A stretch of 64,000 nucleotides of DNA from an uncultured Chloroflexia bacterium (GTDB lineage: Bacteria > Chloroflexota > Limnocylindria > Limnocylindrales > CSP1-4), in the NCBI GenBank assembly GCA_963809045.1, contig CAWEHW010000004.1, forward strand, positions 2,007,594-2,071,593. The letters run 5' to 3'. Shown here piece after piece: positions 56,963 to 64,000 of this stretch. The notes under the pieces are model-generated. The model had not been told where the DNA came from. It ran no database searches and saw only the letters and a list, made by a program, of their open reading frames with translations. Both the position numbers and the translations under genes were made by a program. Within the stretch, counting starts at the first letter, position 1, and each line of letters starts with the position of its first letter.

Positions 56963-57888
56963 CCCAGCAACCGCTCTTCCCGGCGGCGCAGCAGGTACTG
57001 CGCGGTGACGCCGACGACGAAGACGACGACGAACAGCACCACCGCGGCGGCCGCCCCGTACCCCTGCCGGAAGCTGTTGGAGGTCGTGCTGCCGGACGTC
57101 TGGCCGAATGCCTGGGCGTAGACGACATAACCGAGCACCTGCGTGCCGGGCCGGTAGTTGATCAGGACCAGGAACAACTGCCACGCCTGGAGCGAGCCGA
57201 TGATGCTGAGGATGAGGTTGGTCGTCACGGCGGGGGTCAGGAGCGGCCAGGTGACGTGCCAGAACGACTGCCGGCGGCTCGCACCGTCGATCCGGGCCGC
57301 CTCATGGAGCTCGTCCGGGATGGTCTGCAAGCCGGCCAGGAAGATGACCATCGTGATTCCCATGTTCGACCAGATCTGGACGATCGTGACCCACAGGAAC
57401 GCGCCGAGACCGGCGCCACCCAGCAGTTCGGACTCGATGCCGAACACCTGGAGGACCGAGTCGACCGGACCGTCCAGCGGATAGAGGAACAGGCGCCAGA
57501 CCAGGCCCTGGATGGTCACGCCCAGGATGACCGGCAGGAAGAACAACGCCCGGAACCAGCGGGTGCCCGCCAGCCGCTGGTTCAAGAGGATCGCGGCCAG
57601 CAGTCCGAGGACGAACTGGACCACCGTCACGAGAACGCAGAACAGGATCGTCCGCAGGAGCGCTTCGAGATTCTCCTGCGCGGCGGCCCCCCGGAACAGG
57701 AACTCCTCGTAGTTGTCGAGGCCGATGAAGTTGAGCGGCTTCGGGGTCAGGCCATTGGTGTCCGTCAGCGAATACAGGACGGTCGCGAGCGACGGTAGAA
57801 GCGCGAACACCAGGTACAGCAGCAGACCCGGAACGACGAGGCCGTACGGGATCGCGCGGGCCGCACCCTGGCCGAACAGGTACCTCAT
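56959..57888 (-). CDS. carbohydrate ABC transporter permease (MalF-like)
   Basis: A polytopic protein with an EAA loop (LHEAARIDGAS). It is 309 aa. Confidence 0.85.
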   Translation of the reverse strand: MRYLFGQGAARAIPYGLVVPGLLLYLVFALLPSLATVLYSLTDTNGLTPKPLNFIGLDNYEEFLFRGAAAQENLEALLRTILFCVLVTVVQFVLGLLAAILLNQRLAGTRWFRALFFLPVILGVTIQGLVWRLFLYPLDGPVDSVLQVFGIESELLGGAGLGAFLWVTIVQIWSNMGITMVIFLAGLQTIPDELHEAARIDGASRRQSFWHVTWPLLTPAVTTNLILSIIGSLQAWQLFLVLINYRPGTQVLGYVVYAQAFGQTSGSTTSNSFRQGYGAAAAVVLFVVVFVVGVTAQYLLRRREERLLG

Positions 57889-57978
57889 CGCTCCTCGTCC
57901 ACGGTCGGTGGCAGTGAGGATCGGCCCCGCTGGAGGAAACGGGGCCGATCCATCGGTTGGAGTACGGTGATCGTCGGG

Positions 57979-59346
57979 CTAGTTGGCGTCCAGGCCAGCC
58001 TGCAGGTCCGCTTGCGCGGCGTCTGCGGCCTGCTGGGCGGTGTCGAACTCGCCGAACGGCTTGAAGAACGATGCGTACGGGAAGGCGAACTGGCCGGCTC
58101 CGGTGGGCGGGATCCAGTACCGCTCCCAGCCGATCCGGAAATCACCGAGGCTTGGAGCAATCGCGCGGCCAAGCGCCGTGTCGAGCGTCGCTCCAGGCTG
58201 GGTCGGGATCGCCCCGACGGCGGTCACGAACTCCTGGTAGGTCGCGGGCTCGGAGAACTCCGCGAGATAGGCCAGCGCAGCGTCCCTGTTGGGCGTGTCG
58301 GCAGCGATCGTCCAGCCCTGGTCGTACTTGCCGAAGACGTACTTGTTTTCGGCGGCGTTGTCGGTACCCGGGAACGCAATGAACGTCCAGTTGAAGGCCG
58401 GCTCGGCCGCTTCGATCGCCGGCGCCAGCCAGGTGAAGCCCGACAGGGTGGCGACCTCGCCCGATGCGAATCGGCCCGGAGCTCCGTCGGCCGGGATGCC
58501 CGTGGCGCCCGACTCGATCATCTCGGTGGAGAGGATCCGCAGCTTCTCCCACATTTCGAGGCTGGTCGCGTCGTTCCACTTGATGGTGCCGGTCCAGAGG
58601 CCTTCGACGAGGGCGGCCTGGTCCGGGTACGCGGATCCGAGGATCCCGTAGCCGGTCACGAAGATCGGCCAGACATCCTGACCACCTGCGGTCATGCACG
58701 GAATTCCAGCCGCATCGAAGGCCTGGCAGGCGGCGACCAGCTCGCTCCATGTGGTTGGGACCGTGACGTTGTGAGCGGCAAAGAGATCCTGGTTGACGTA
58801 CAGGCCGCTGAAGCCGACGCGTCCGAGGTTGATCTCGTAGACCTTGCCGTTGTATGTGCCGGCATCGCGGATCGCCGCCTCGTCGTACAGATCGACAAAC
58901 GGCTGATCGGTGAGGTCCATGAGGCTGCCGGCATCGGCCAGCGTCTGCCAGATCGGCGGGGTCACGCCCTGCATGTACGGCTGGACGCCGGTGTCGAAGG
59001 CAAACATGTCGACGACGTCGACATCCTTGGCGGCCAATCGGGTCTGCGTGATCGTCGCGAGCTCGTTGGGAGCAACGATCGCCATGTCCACGGTGACACC
59101 GGGATGGGCCGCCTCGAACCGGTCGTTGAACGCTTCCATGAAGTCGGTGAACGGCGGGTTCTGGTGGACCAGCACGCGTAGCGTGCCTTCCGGCAGGGCC
59201 GCGCCGCCGTCTGCGCTCGGGCTGGCCACATCGGCGCTCGCCGGCGCATCCGTGCCGGCGATTGGTGGGTCCGTTGGTGCCGTCGTGCCTCCGCACGCGA
59301 CCAACGCGATCGAAGCGGTGAGTAGGAACGCCAGGATCTTCCGCAC
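57979..59346 (-). CDS. extracellular solute-binding protein family 1 (sugar ABC transporter substrate-binding lipoprotein)
   Basis: A lipobox (LVACGG) and an SBP_bac_1-type sequence. The GTG start is preceded by GGAGGAGGA at 7-nt spacing. Confidence 0.85.
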   Translation of the reverse strand: MRKILAFLLTASIALVACGGTTAPTDPPIAGTDAPASADVASPSADGGAALPEGTLRVLVHQNPPFTDFMEAFNDRFEAAHPGVTVDMAIVAPNELATITQTRLAAKDVDVVDMFAFDTGVQPYMQGVTPPIWQTLADAGSLMDLTDQPFVDLYDEAAIRDAGTYNGKVYEINLGRVGFSGLYVNQDLFAAHNVTVPTTWSELVAACQAFDAAGIPCMTAGGQDVWPIFVTGYGILGSAYPDQAALVEGLWTGTIKWNDATSLEMWEKLRILSTEMIESGATGIPADGAPGRFASGEVATLSGFTWLAPAIEAAEPAFNWTFIAFPGTDNAAENKYVFGKYDQGWTIAADTPNRDAALAYLAEFSEPATYQEFVTAVGAIPTQPGATLDTALGRAIAPSLGDFRIGWERYWIPPTGAGQFAFPYASFFKPFGEFDTAQQAADAAQADLQAGLDAN

Positions 59347-59414
59347 GGCTGTTGTCCTCCTCCTGCTCGAGTCCGGACCCGCGAGGTTCGTGGGTGACGG
59401 ACGTCCTGGACTTG

Positions 59415-59435
59415 TGCGGCCGCCCAGCGGCCGCA
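59415..59435 (-). terminator. hairpin TGCGGCCGC-CCA-GCGGCCGCA (9-bp stem built from two NotI-type palindromes) between lacI and the sugar-binding protein gene
   Basis: A perfect 9-bp stem with a 3-nt loop, lying between the lacI stop (59457) and the SBP start (59346). Confidence 0.4.
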
Positions 59436-59456
59436 GGTTTGGTTGACGGTCGCGAA

Positions 59457-60512
59457 TCAGGTCTCGTTCGTGGGCAGCCCTCCGGTTGACTCCCTGACCA
59501 CGAGCTCCACCGCAAGGACGACCTTTCGAGCGACGTCCTCGGGCGCTTCGATGTCTGCAAGCAGGAGGCTCACCAGTTCGCGGCCCATCACGTCCAGCGA
59601 CTGCTTGATGCTTGACAGCGTCGGCCGGGTCGTTCGCGCGATCGGCGAGTCATCGAACCCGATCACGGCGACGTCACCCGGGACACGCCGGCCCGATTCG
59701 GCGAGCACCGCCAGCGCGCCGGCCCCCATCAGGTCATTGGCCGCGAAGACGGCGTCGAGGCCGGGCTCGCGCCTGAGCAGCTCGGCCATGGCCTGGGCGC
59801 CACTCTCCTCGGTGAAATCGCCCGCTACGACGAGCGCGTCGTCGAATGGCAGGTTGGCCTGCAACAGGGCGTCCCGATAGCCCTCGCATCGATCGTTCGC
59901 GGCGCCCATGTCCGCTGGGCCGCTGATCGTCGCAATGCGCCGCCGACCCAGTCCGACGAGATGGCGTGTGGCGAGCAGCCCGCCGCCCCGGTTGTCGTTG
60001 TCCACGTAGCTCACGCGTGCGCCAGTCGGCGGTCGACCGCCGACGACGACCGGGACGCCCCTGCGGCGAAGCCGCTCCGGGAGAGGGTCGTCCCCGTGAA
60101 GCGAGTACATGATCACGCCGTCAACGTGGCCGGCCAGCAGGTACGGCTGCAGCTCCCGCTCCTCCGCGTCGCCCTGCGGGAGGAAGAGGACGAGCTTCTG
60201 GCGGCGGGTCGTGAGTGCCGCGCTGACGCCGCGGAGCACCTGGGCGAAGAACGGGTCACCAAAGACCCGCGACGTCGGCTCGGGGATGAGCACGCCGATG
60301 GAGTCGCTTCGCCTGGTGACCAGGCTCCGTGCGGCGACGTTCGGCACGAACCCGAGTCGTTCGATCGTGCGCTCAACGGCACGCTTCGTCGCCGAGTTGA
60401 CCCGCGGGTTGCCATTGACGACGCGCGACACGGTCGCCTGCGAGACACCGGCCGCCTTTGCGACCTCGTCCATCGTGACGCCGCGGTTGTTGCCGTCCTG
60501 CTTGGTCGACAT
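59457..60512 (-). CDS. LacI-family transcriptional regulator
   Basis: An N-terminal HTH (TMDEVAKAAGVSQATVSRVVNG) and a periplasmic-binding-like sugar domain. It is 351 aa. Confidence 0.9.
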   Translation of the reverse strand: MSTKQDGNNRGVTMDEVAKAAGVSQATVSRVVNGNPRVNSATKRAVERTIERLGFVPNVAARSLVTRRSDSIGVLIPEPTSRVFGDPFFAQVLRGVSAALTTRRQKLVLFLPQGDAEERELQPYLLAGHVDGVIMYSLHGDDPLPERLRRRGVPVVVGGRPPTGARVSYVDNDNRGGGLLATRHLVGLGRRRIATISGPADMGAANDRCEGYRDALLQANLPFDDALVVAGDFTEESGAQAMAELLRREPGLDAVFAANDLMGAGALAVLAESGRRVPGDVAVIGFDDSPIARTTRPTLSSIKQSLDVMGRELVSLLLADIEAPEDVARKVVLAVELVVRESTGGLPTNET

Positions 60513-60544
60513 CCGGCGAGCCGACTCCCTCTATTGGCGCCCTT

Positions 60545-60560
60545 GTGAATGCGCATTCAC
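60545..60560. promoter_or_regulatory. LacI-type operator, perfect 16-bp palindrome GTGAATGCGCATTCAC
   Basis: A perfect inverted repeat about 33 nt upstream of the minus-strand lacI start (60512). Confidence 0.6.
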
Positions 60561-60667
60561 CGATTGATTCGCAACGATACAGCCACGTGTCAAGAGAGCG
60601 CATTCACGCCCGATTCCTCGCCCCGACCGGATCTCCGACGAGCTGCAAACCAGGCGTGGTCCGCCTT

Positions 60668-60679
60668 GAGAGCGCTCTC
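60668..60679. promoter_or_regulatory. LacI-type operator core, perfect 12-bp palindrome GAGAGCGCTCTC (flanked by TTGACA)
   Basis: A perfect palindrome in the divergent lacI intergenic region. A hybrid half-site GAGAGCGCATTCAC also occurs at 60594..60607. Confidence 0.5.
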
Positions 60680-60710
60680 TTGACAGACCGTGATATGGTC
60701 CGTCACAAGC

Positions 60711-60726
60711 GTGAGAGCGCTCTCAC
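60711..60726. promoter_or_regulatory. LacI-type operator, perfect 16-bp palindrome GTGAGAGCGCTCTCAC
   Basis: A perfect inverted repeat 19 nt upstream of the plus-strand lacI start (60745). Confidence 0.6.
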
Positions 60727-60744
60727 AACTGGAGACCGAACGGC

Positions 60745-61797
60745 GTGACCCCGAGCAGCGACCGCACCCGTCGCAACGGCACGACCCTCGAGAACGTCGC
60801 CCTTCAGGCCGGCGTCTCGCGAGCCACCGTTTCGCGCGTGGTCAACGGCTCGCCGAAGGTCAGCCCCGATGTCCGGCGCGACGTCGAAGCCGCGATCGAG
60901 CGCCTCGGCTATGTCCCCAATCGTGCCGCTCGCAGCCTCGTCACCCGGCGCAGCGGCTCGATCGGACTGGTCATCACGGAGCCCACCGGCCGCCTGTTCT
61001 CGGACCCGTTCTTCCCGCGAGTCCTGCGCGGGATCAGCGCGGAACTGACCGCTCGCGACCTGCAGCTGATCCTGCTCATCCCGAACTCACAGGCCGACGT
61101 CCGCCGGACGGGCGACTATCTCTCGGCCGGGCACGTCGACGGGGCCGTGCTCGTCAGTCTCCACGGCGAGGATCCACTCCCCGAGCGCTTGTCCCAGGCG
61201 GGCATTCCGCTGGTGCTCGTCGGCCGCCCACTCCGTGGCGTCTCGGCCAGCTACGTCGATGTCGACAACCGCCAGGGTGCGCGGAGCGCGGTCGAACACC
61301 TCATCGCGACAGGACGCCGCGCGATCGCGACGATCGCCGGTCCCCAGGACATGGCCCCCGGCGTCGACCGGCTGGCCGGCTACCGGGAAGCCATCGGCGA
61401 CGCGTTCCGGGCGACCGATCCCGCCCTCGAGGCAACCAGCGACTTCACGCAAGAGGGCGGCGCCAAGGCGATGAGCCGGCTGCTCACGAAGCGTCCCGAT
61501 CTCGATGCGGTCTTCGCGGCCTCCGACCTGATCGCGGCCGGCGCCTTGTCGAGCCTGACCGCGGCCGGGCGACGTGTTCCGGACGACGTGGCGATCGTCG
61601 GCTACGACGACTCGCCGGTCGCGACGTCCACCCACCCACAACTTTCGAGTGTTCGTCAGCCGATCGAGGAGATGGGCCGCGAGGTGGCCCGCCTGCTCGT
61701 CGAAGCGGTCGAAGGCACGGACCGGGTCCAACGGCGCGTGATCCTGGCCACCGAGCTGGTGAAGCGCGCCTCGAGCGCCGGGAGGCCTTCGCCCTGA
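60745..61797 (+). CDS. LacI-family transcriptional regulator
   Basis: An N-terminal HTH (TLENVALQAGVSRATVSRVVNG). It is 350 aa and divergent from the other lacI. Confidence 0.9.
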   Translation: MTPSSDRTRRNGTTLENVALQAGVSRATVSRVVNGSPKVSPDVRRDVEAAIERLGYVPNRAARSLVTRRSGSIGLVITEPTGRLFSDPFFPRVLRGISAELTARDLQLILLIPNSQADVRRTGDYLSAGHVDGAVLVSLHGEDPLPERLSQAGIPLVLVGRPLRGVSASYVDVDNRQGARSAVEHLIATGRRAIATIAGPQDMAPGVDRLAGYREAIGDAFRATDPALEATSDFTQEGGAKAMSRLLTKRPDLDAVFAASDLIAAGALSSLTAAGRRVPDDVAIVGYDDSPVATSTHPQLSSVRQPIEEMGREVARLLVEAVEGTDRVQRRVILATELVKRASSAGRPSP

Positions 61798-61909
61798 GCC
61801 GGCCGGCGCCCGGCGGGCGGCCATCGATGCGAGGCCACCCTAACCATCAGTCCAGGTTCCTGGAGAGGAGAGATCAGATCGATCTCTGTATCGCGTGGAG
61901 GAGTCTGCA

Positions 61910-63355
61910 GTGAAACACCGAACAAGGTCTGCGCCACAAACCCTGCTCGTCCTGGTCGGCATCATGGCCCTCCTGGTCGCAGCCTGCGGTGGTGGCACCG
62001 CGACCACCGCACCGTCCGCGGCGCCGTCACAGGCCGCGGCCACACCTGAGCCCACGGCGGCCGAATCGACGGCAGCGGAGCCGGTCGAGATCGAATGGTT
62101 CGTCGGTCTCGGGACGGGCGAGAACGAGGAACAGATCCCGATCGAGGAAGCCGTGGTCGCGGCGTTCAACGAGTCCCAGGACGCCGTCGAGCTGATCCTC
62201 ACGGTCGTCGACAACACCGAGGCGTCCGACACGCTCGCCACCCGGATCGCCGCCGGCGACTCGCCGGACATCATCGGACCGATCGGCGTTCGCGGCCTGC
62301 AGTCGTTCGGCGACCAGCTGCTGGACATCAGCCCGTACATCGGCAGCGTCGACCTTTCGGAGATCGACCCCGCGCTGATCGATGTCTACAACGTCGGCGG
62401 CAAGCAGATCGGTATCCCGATGGCCGTCTACTCGTCGTTCTTCTACTACAACAAGTCGCTCTTCGACGAGGCCGGCCTGGCCTATCCGCCCCATGAGATC
62501 GGGGCCCAGTACGACGGCAAGGAATGGAACTGGGCGACCGTTCGCGAGCTCGCCATGAAGCTGACCGTCGATGGCAGCGGCAACGATGCCACGAGCAGCG
62601 ATTTCGACCCGGCGGACATCGTCCAGTACGGCCTCGACGCCCAGTTCACCGAGAACGACGCGCGGGCTTGGTCGACGATCTTCGGCGGCTCAGGCTCGGC
62701 CGTGGCCGACGACGGCACGACGGCCCAGTGGCCGGACAACTGGCGCACCGGGCTCCAGTTCATGTACGACGGCATCCATACCGACCACTTCATCCCCGAC
62801 CAGACGGCCGTGCAGGCCCTGGCGGATGGCAACACCTTCCAGTCAGGCCGGATCGCGATGGATGTCGTGCACCAGTGGTACACCTGCTGCGTCTACCCGG
62901 GTGAAGGCGATCCAGCCGTCTCCGACTGGGATATCGCGGTCCTGCCCGTCGGACCGGATGGCAACATCACGTCCAAGCTGCATGCCGACACGATCGGAAT
63001 CATGGACAGCACGGCAGACCCCGAAGCCGCGTTCGCGGCGCTGTCCTTCCTCGCCGCGTCCCCGGAGCTGATCCAGACGTGGGGCGCCATGCCGGCGGTC
63101 GAGAGCCAGCGACCGACCTTCTTCGCCGGACTCCAGGAGCGCTTCGCGCCGCTCGAGATCGACTGGAACGTCTCGTCGTTGATGCTCCAGCACCCCGACA
63201 ATCCCAGCCATGAAGCGTTCATGCCGAACTTCCAGGAGGCCGACTCGGCCAACAAGGATCTCGGCAGCAAGATCTGGACGACCCCGGGACTCGACCTGGG
63301 CTCCGAGATCGATGCCCACGTGGAGACGCTCCAGGGCATCTTCGCCGGAGGCTAG
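61910..63355 (+). CDS. extracellular solute-binding protein family 1 (sugar ABC transporter substrate-binding lipoprotein)
   Basis: A lipobox (LVAACGG). The GTG at 61910 is preceded by GGAGGAG at 7-nt spacing. The ORF track start of 61895 lacks an RBS. Confidence 0.85.
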   Translation: MKHRTRSAPQTLLVLVGIMALLVAACGGGTATTAPSAAPSQAAATPEPTAAESTAAEPVEIEWFVGLGTGENEEQIPIEEAVVAAFNESQDAVELILTVVDNTEASDTLATRIAAGDSPDIIGPIGVRGLQSFGDQLLDISPYIGSVDLSEIDPALIDVYNVGGKQIGIPMAVYSSFFYYNKSLFDEAGLAYPPHEIGAQYDGKEWNWATVRELAMKLTVDGSGNDATSSDFDPADIVQYGLDAQFTENDARAWSTIFGGSGSAVADDGTTAQWPDNWRTGLQFMYDGIHTDHFIPDQTAVQALADGNTFQSGRIAMDVVHQWYTCCVYPGEGDPAVSDWDIAVLPVGPDGNITSKLHADTIGIMDSTADPEAAFAALSFLAASPELIQTWGAMPAVESQRPTFFAGLQERFAPLEIDWNVSSLMLQHPDNPSHEAFMPNFQEADSANKDLGSKIWTTPGLDLGSEIDAHVETLQGIFAGG

Positions 63356-63372
63356 CCAGCTCCTCCTCCTCA

Positions 63373-63405
63373 ACCGACGCGCCGGGGCTCCCTCGGCGCG
63401 TCGGT
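63373..63405 (+). terminator. hairpin (12-bp stem ACCGACGCGCCG/CGGCGCGTCGGT, 9-nt loop) after the second sugar-binding protein gene
   Basis: A perfect 12-bp stem 18 nt after the stop at 63355 with no U-tract. It may act as an attenuator between the SBP and permease genes. Confidence 0.45.
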
Positions 63406-63457
63406 CACCGCCATCATCCAGTCCGTTCTCCCCCTCATGTGAGGCGCAGGCATCGAC

Positions 63458-64000
63458 ATGGGCATGATCAGCACGCCCGGCAGGCCGATCGCGGCCGTCA
63501 TCCCGCCGAAACGATCACGGTGGAGCGGCCTCACGGATCGGGAATCGGTGACCGGTCTCCTGTACGTCTCCCCGTTCATCATCGGGTTCGTCCTGTTCGC
63601 GGCCATCCCGATGCTCGCCTCATTCGTCCTGTCGATGACGAACTTCGATCCTCGCGAGCCCGACGAGATCGTGTTCATCGGCCTCGACAACTACGCCCGG
63701 CTCCTGAACGACCCGGTGGTCGCGGAATCGCTCTGGGTCACCCTGCGGTTCGCGGCGATGGTCGTCCCGCTCTCGCTCGTGGCCGCCCTCGGCATCGCCA
63801 TGCTCGTCAACAGCAAGCTCCTGGTCGGGCGGAACGCGTTCCGGACGCTCTTCTACCTGCCGATCCAGATCCCGATCGTGGCCAGCACGCTGGTCTGGAT
63901 CGGCGTCCTCCACGCCACGACCGGCTGGCTCAACCTGTCACTCGGCGCGATCGGCATCGAAGGACCCAACTGGCTCCAGAGCACGACCTGGGTCGGCCCG
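63458..64000 (+). CDS. carbohydrate ABC transporter permease (MalF-like), 5' fragment running off window end
   Basis: Manual translation from the ATG at 63458 gives MGMISTPGRP...LLYVSPFIIGFVLFAAIPMLASFVLSMTNFD...NYARLLNDPVVAESLWVTLRF..., the typical first TM and loop of a sugar permease. It has no stop within the window and is therefore absent from the ORF track. Confidence 0.75.
   Translation, partial: MGMISTPGRPIAAVIPPKRSRWSGLTDRESVTGLLYVSPFIIGFVLFAAIPMLASFVLSMTNFDPREPDEIVFIGLDNYARLLNDPVVAESLWVTLRFAAMVVPLSLVAALGIAMLVNSKLLVGRNAFRTLFYLPIQIPIVASTLVWIGVLHATTGWLNLSLGAIGIEGPNWLQSTTWVGP

Noticed and set aside
60680-60700. TTGACA ... TATGGT as a sigma-70 promoter for the plus-strand lacI
   Set aside because: The spacing between the hexamers is only about 7 nt. 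TTGACA overlapping the operator is noted, but no convincing -10 at 16-18 nt was found.
1-64000. Search for a CRISPR array, transposase/integrase, prophage or canonical defence system (RM, Gabija, BREX and so on)
   Set aside because: No short direct-repeat/spacer arrays, no recombinase or transposase motifs, and no methyltransferase or REase signatures were seen. The UvrD-like helicase lacks a co-oriented GajA-like partner, so it is not called Gabija.

Overview
High-GC (roughly 70%) chromosomal core region with Actinobacteria-like synteny (polA...coaE-uvrB and uvrC/rapZ-yvcK-whiA-tpiA arrangements), densely packed with genes and enriched in DNA repair and replication functions. From coordinate 1 upward, the main blocks are as follows. 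(a) gpmI(partial)-tpiA-whiA-yvcK-rapZ-tatC-tatA-pyrF-TolB-like-recJ-secF-secD-uvrC, all on the minus strand. (b) A secreted 5'-nucleotidase, a compact UvrD-like helicase, two small hypothetical genes and a secreted EEP nuclease/phosphatase. (c) uvrA, a VWA surface protein with a Pro-Thr repeat, and uvrB. (d) A coaE-abcF-fpg-polA operon, an ECF sigma/anti-sigma pair, tRNA-Leu(CAA), a secreted beta-sandwich protein, a TerB-like protein and dnaE. (e) A nucleoside uptake and salvage cluster (BMP-family ABC transporter, CoA-binding protein, frameshifted adenosine deaminase, nucleoside phosphorylase) followed by gatB. (f) A beta-glucan utilisation locus (GH16 laminarinase, GH116 beta-glucosidase, sugar ABC transporter, LacI) and a second divergent LacI-controlled sugar ABC transporter that runs off the window. 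I found no CRISPR array, transposase, integrase or recognisable phage or defence system. I could not identify a clear-cut novel multi-gene system, and the findings below are the best candidates for follow-up. All product calls rest on motif recognition in the supplied translations, not on database searches.
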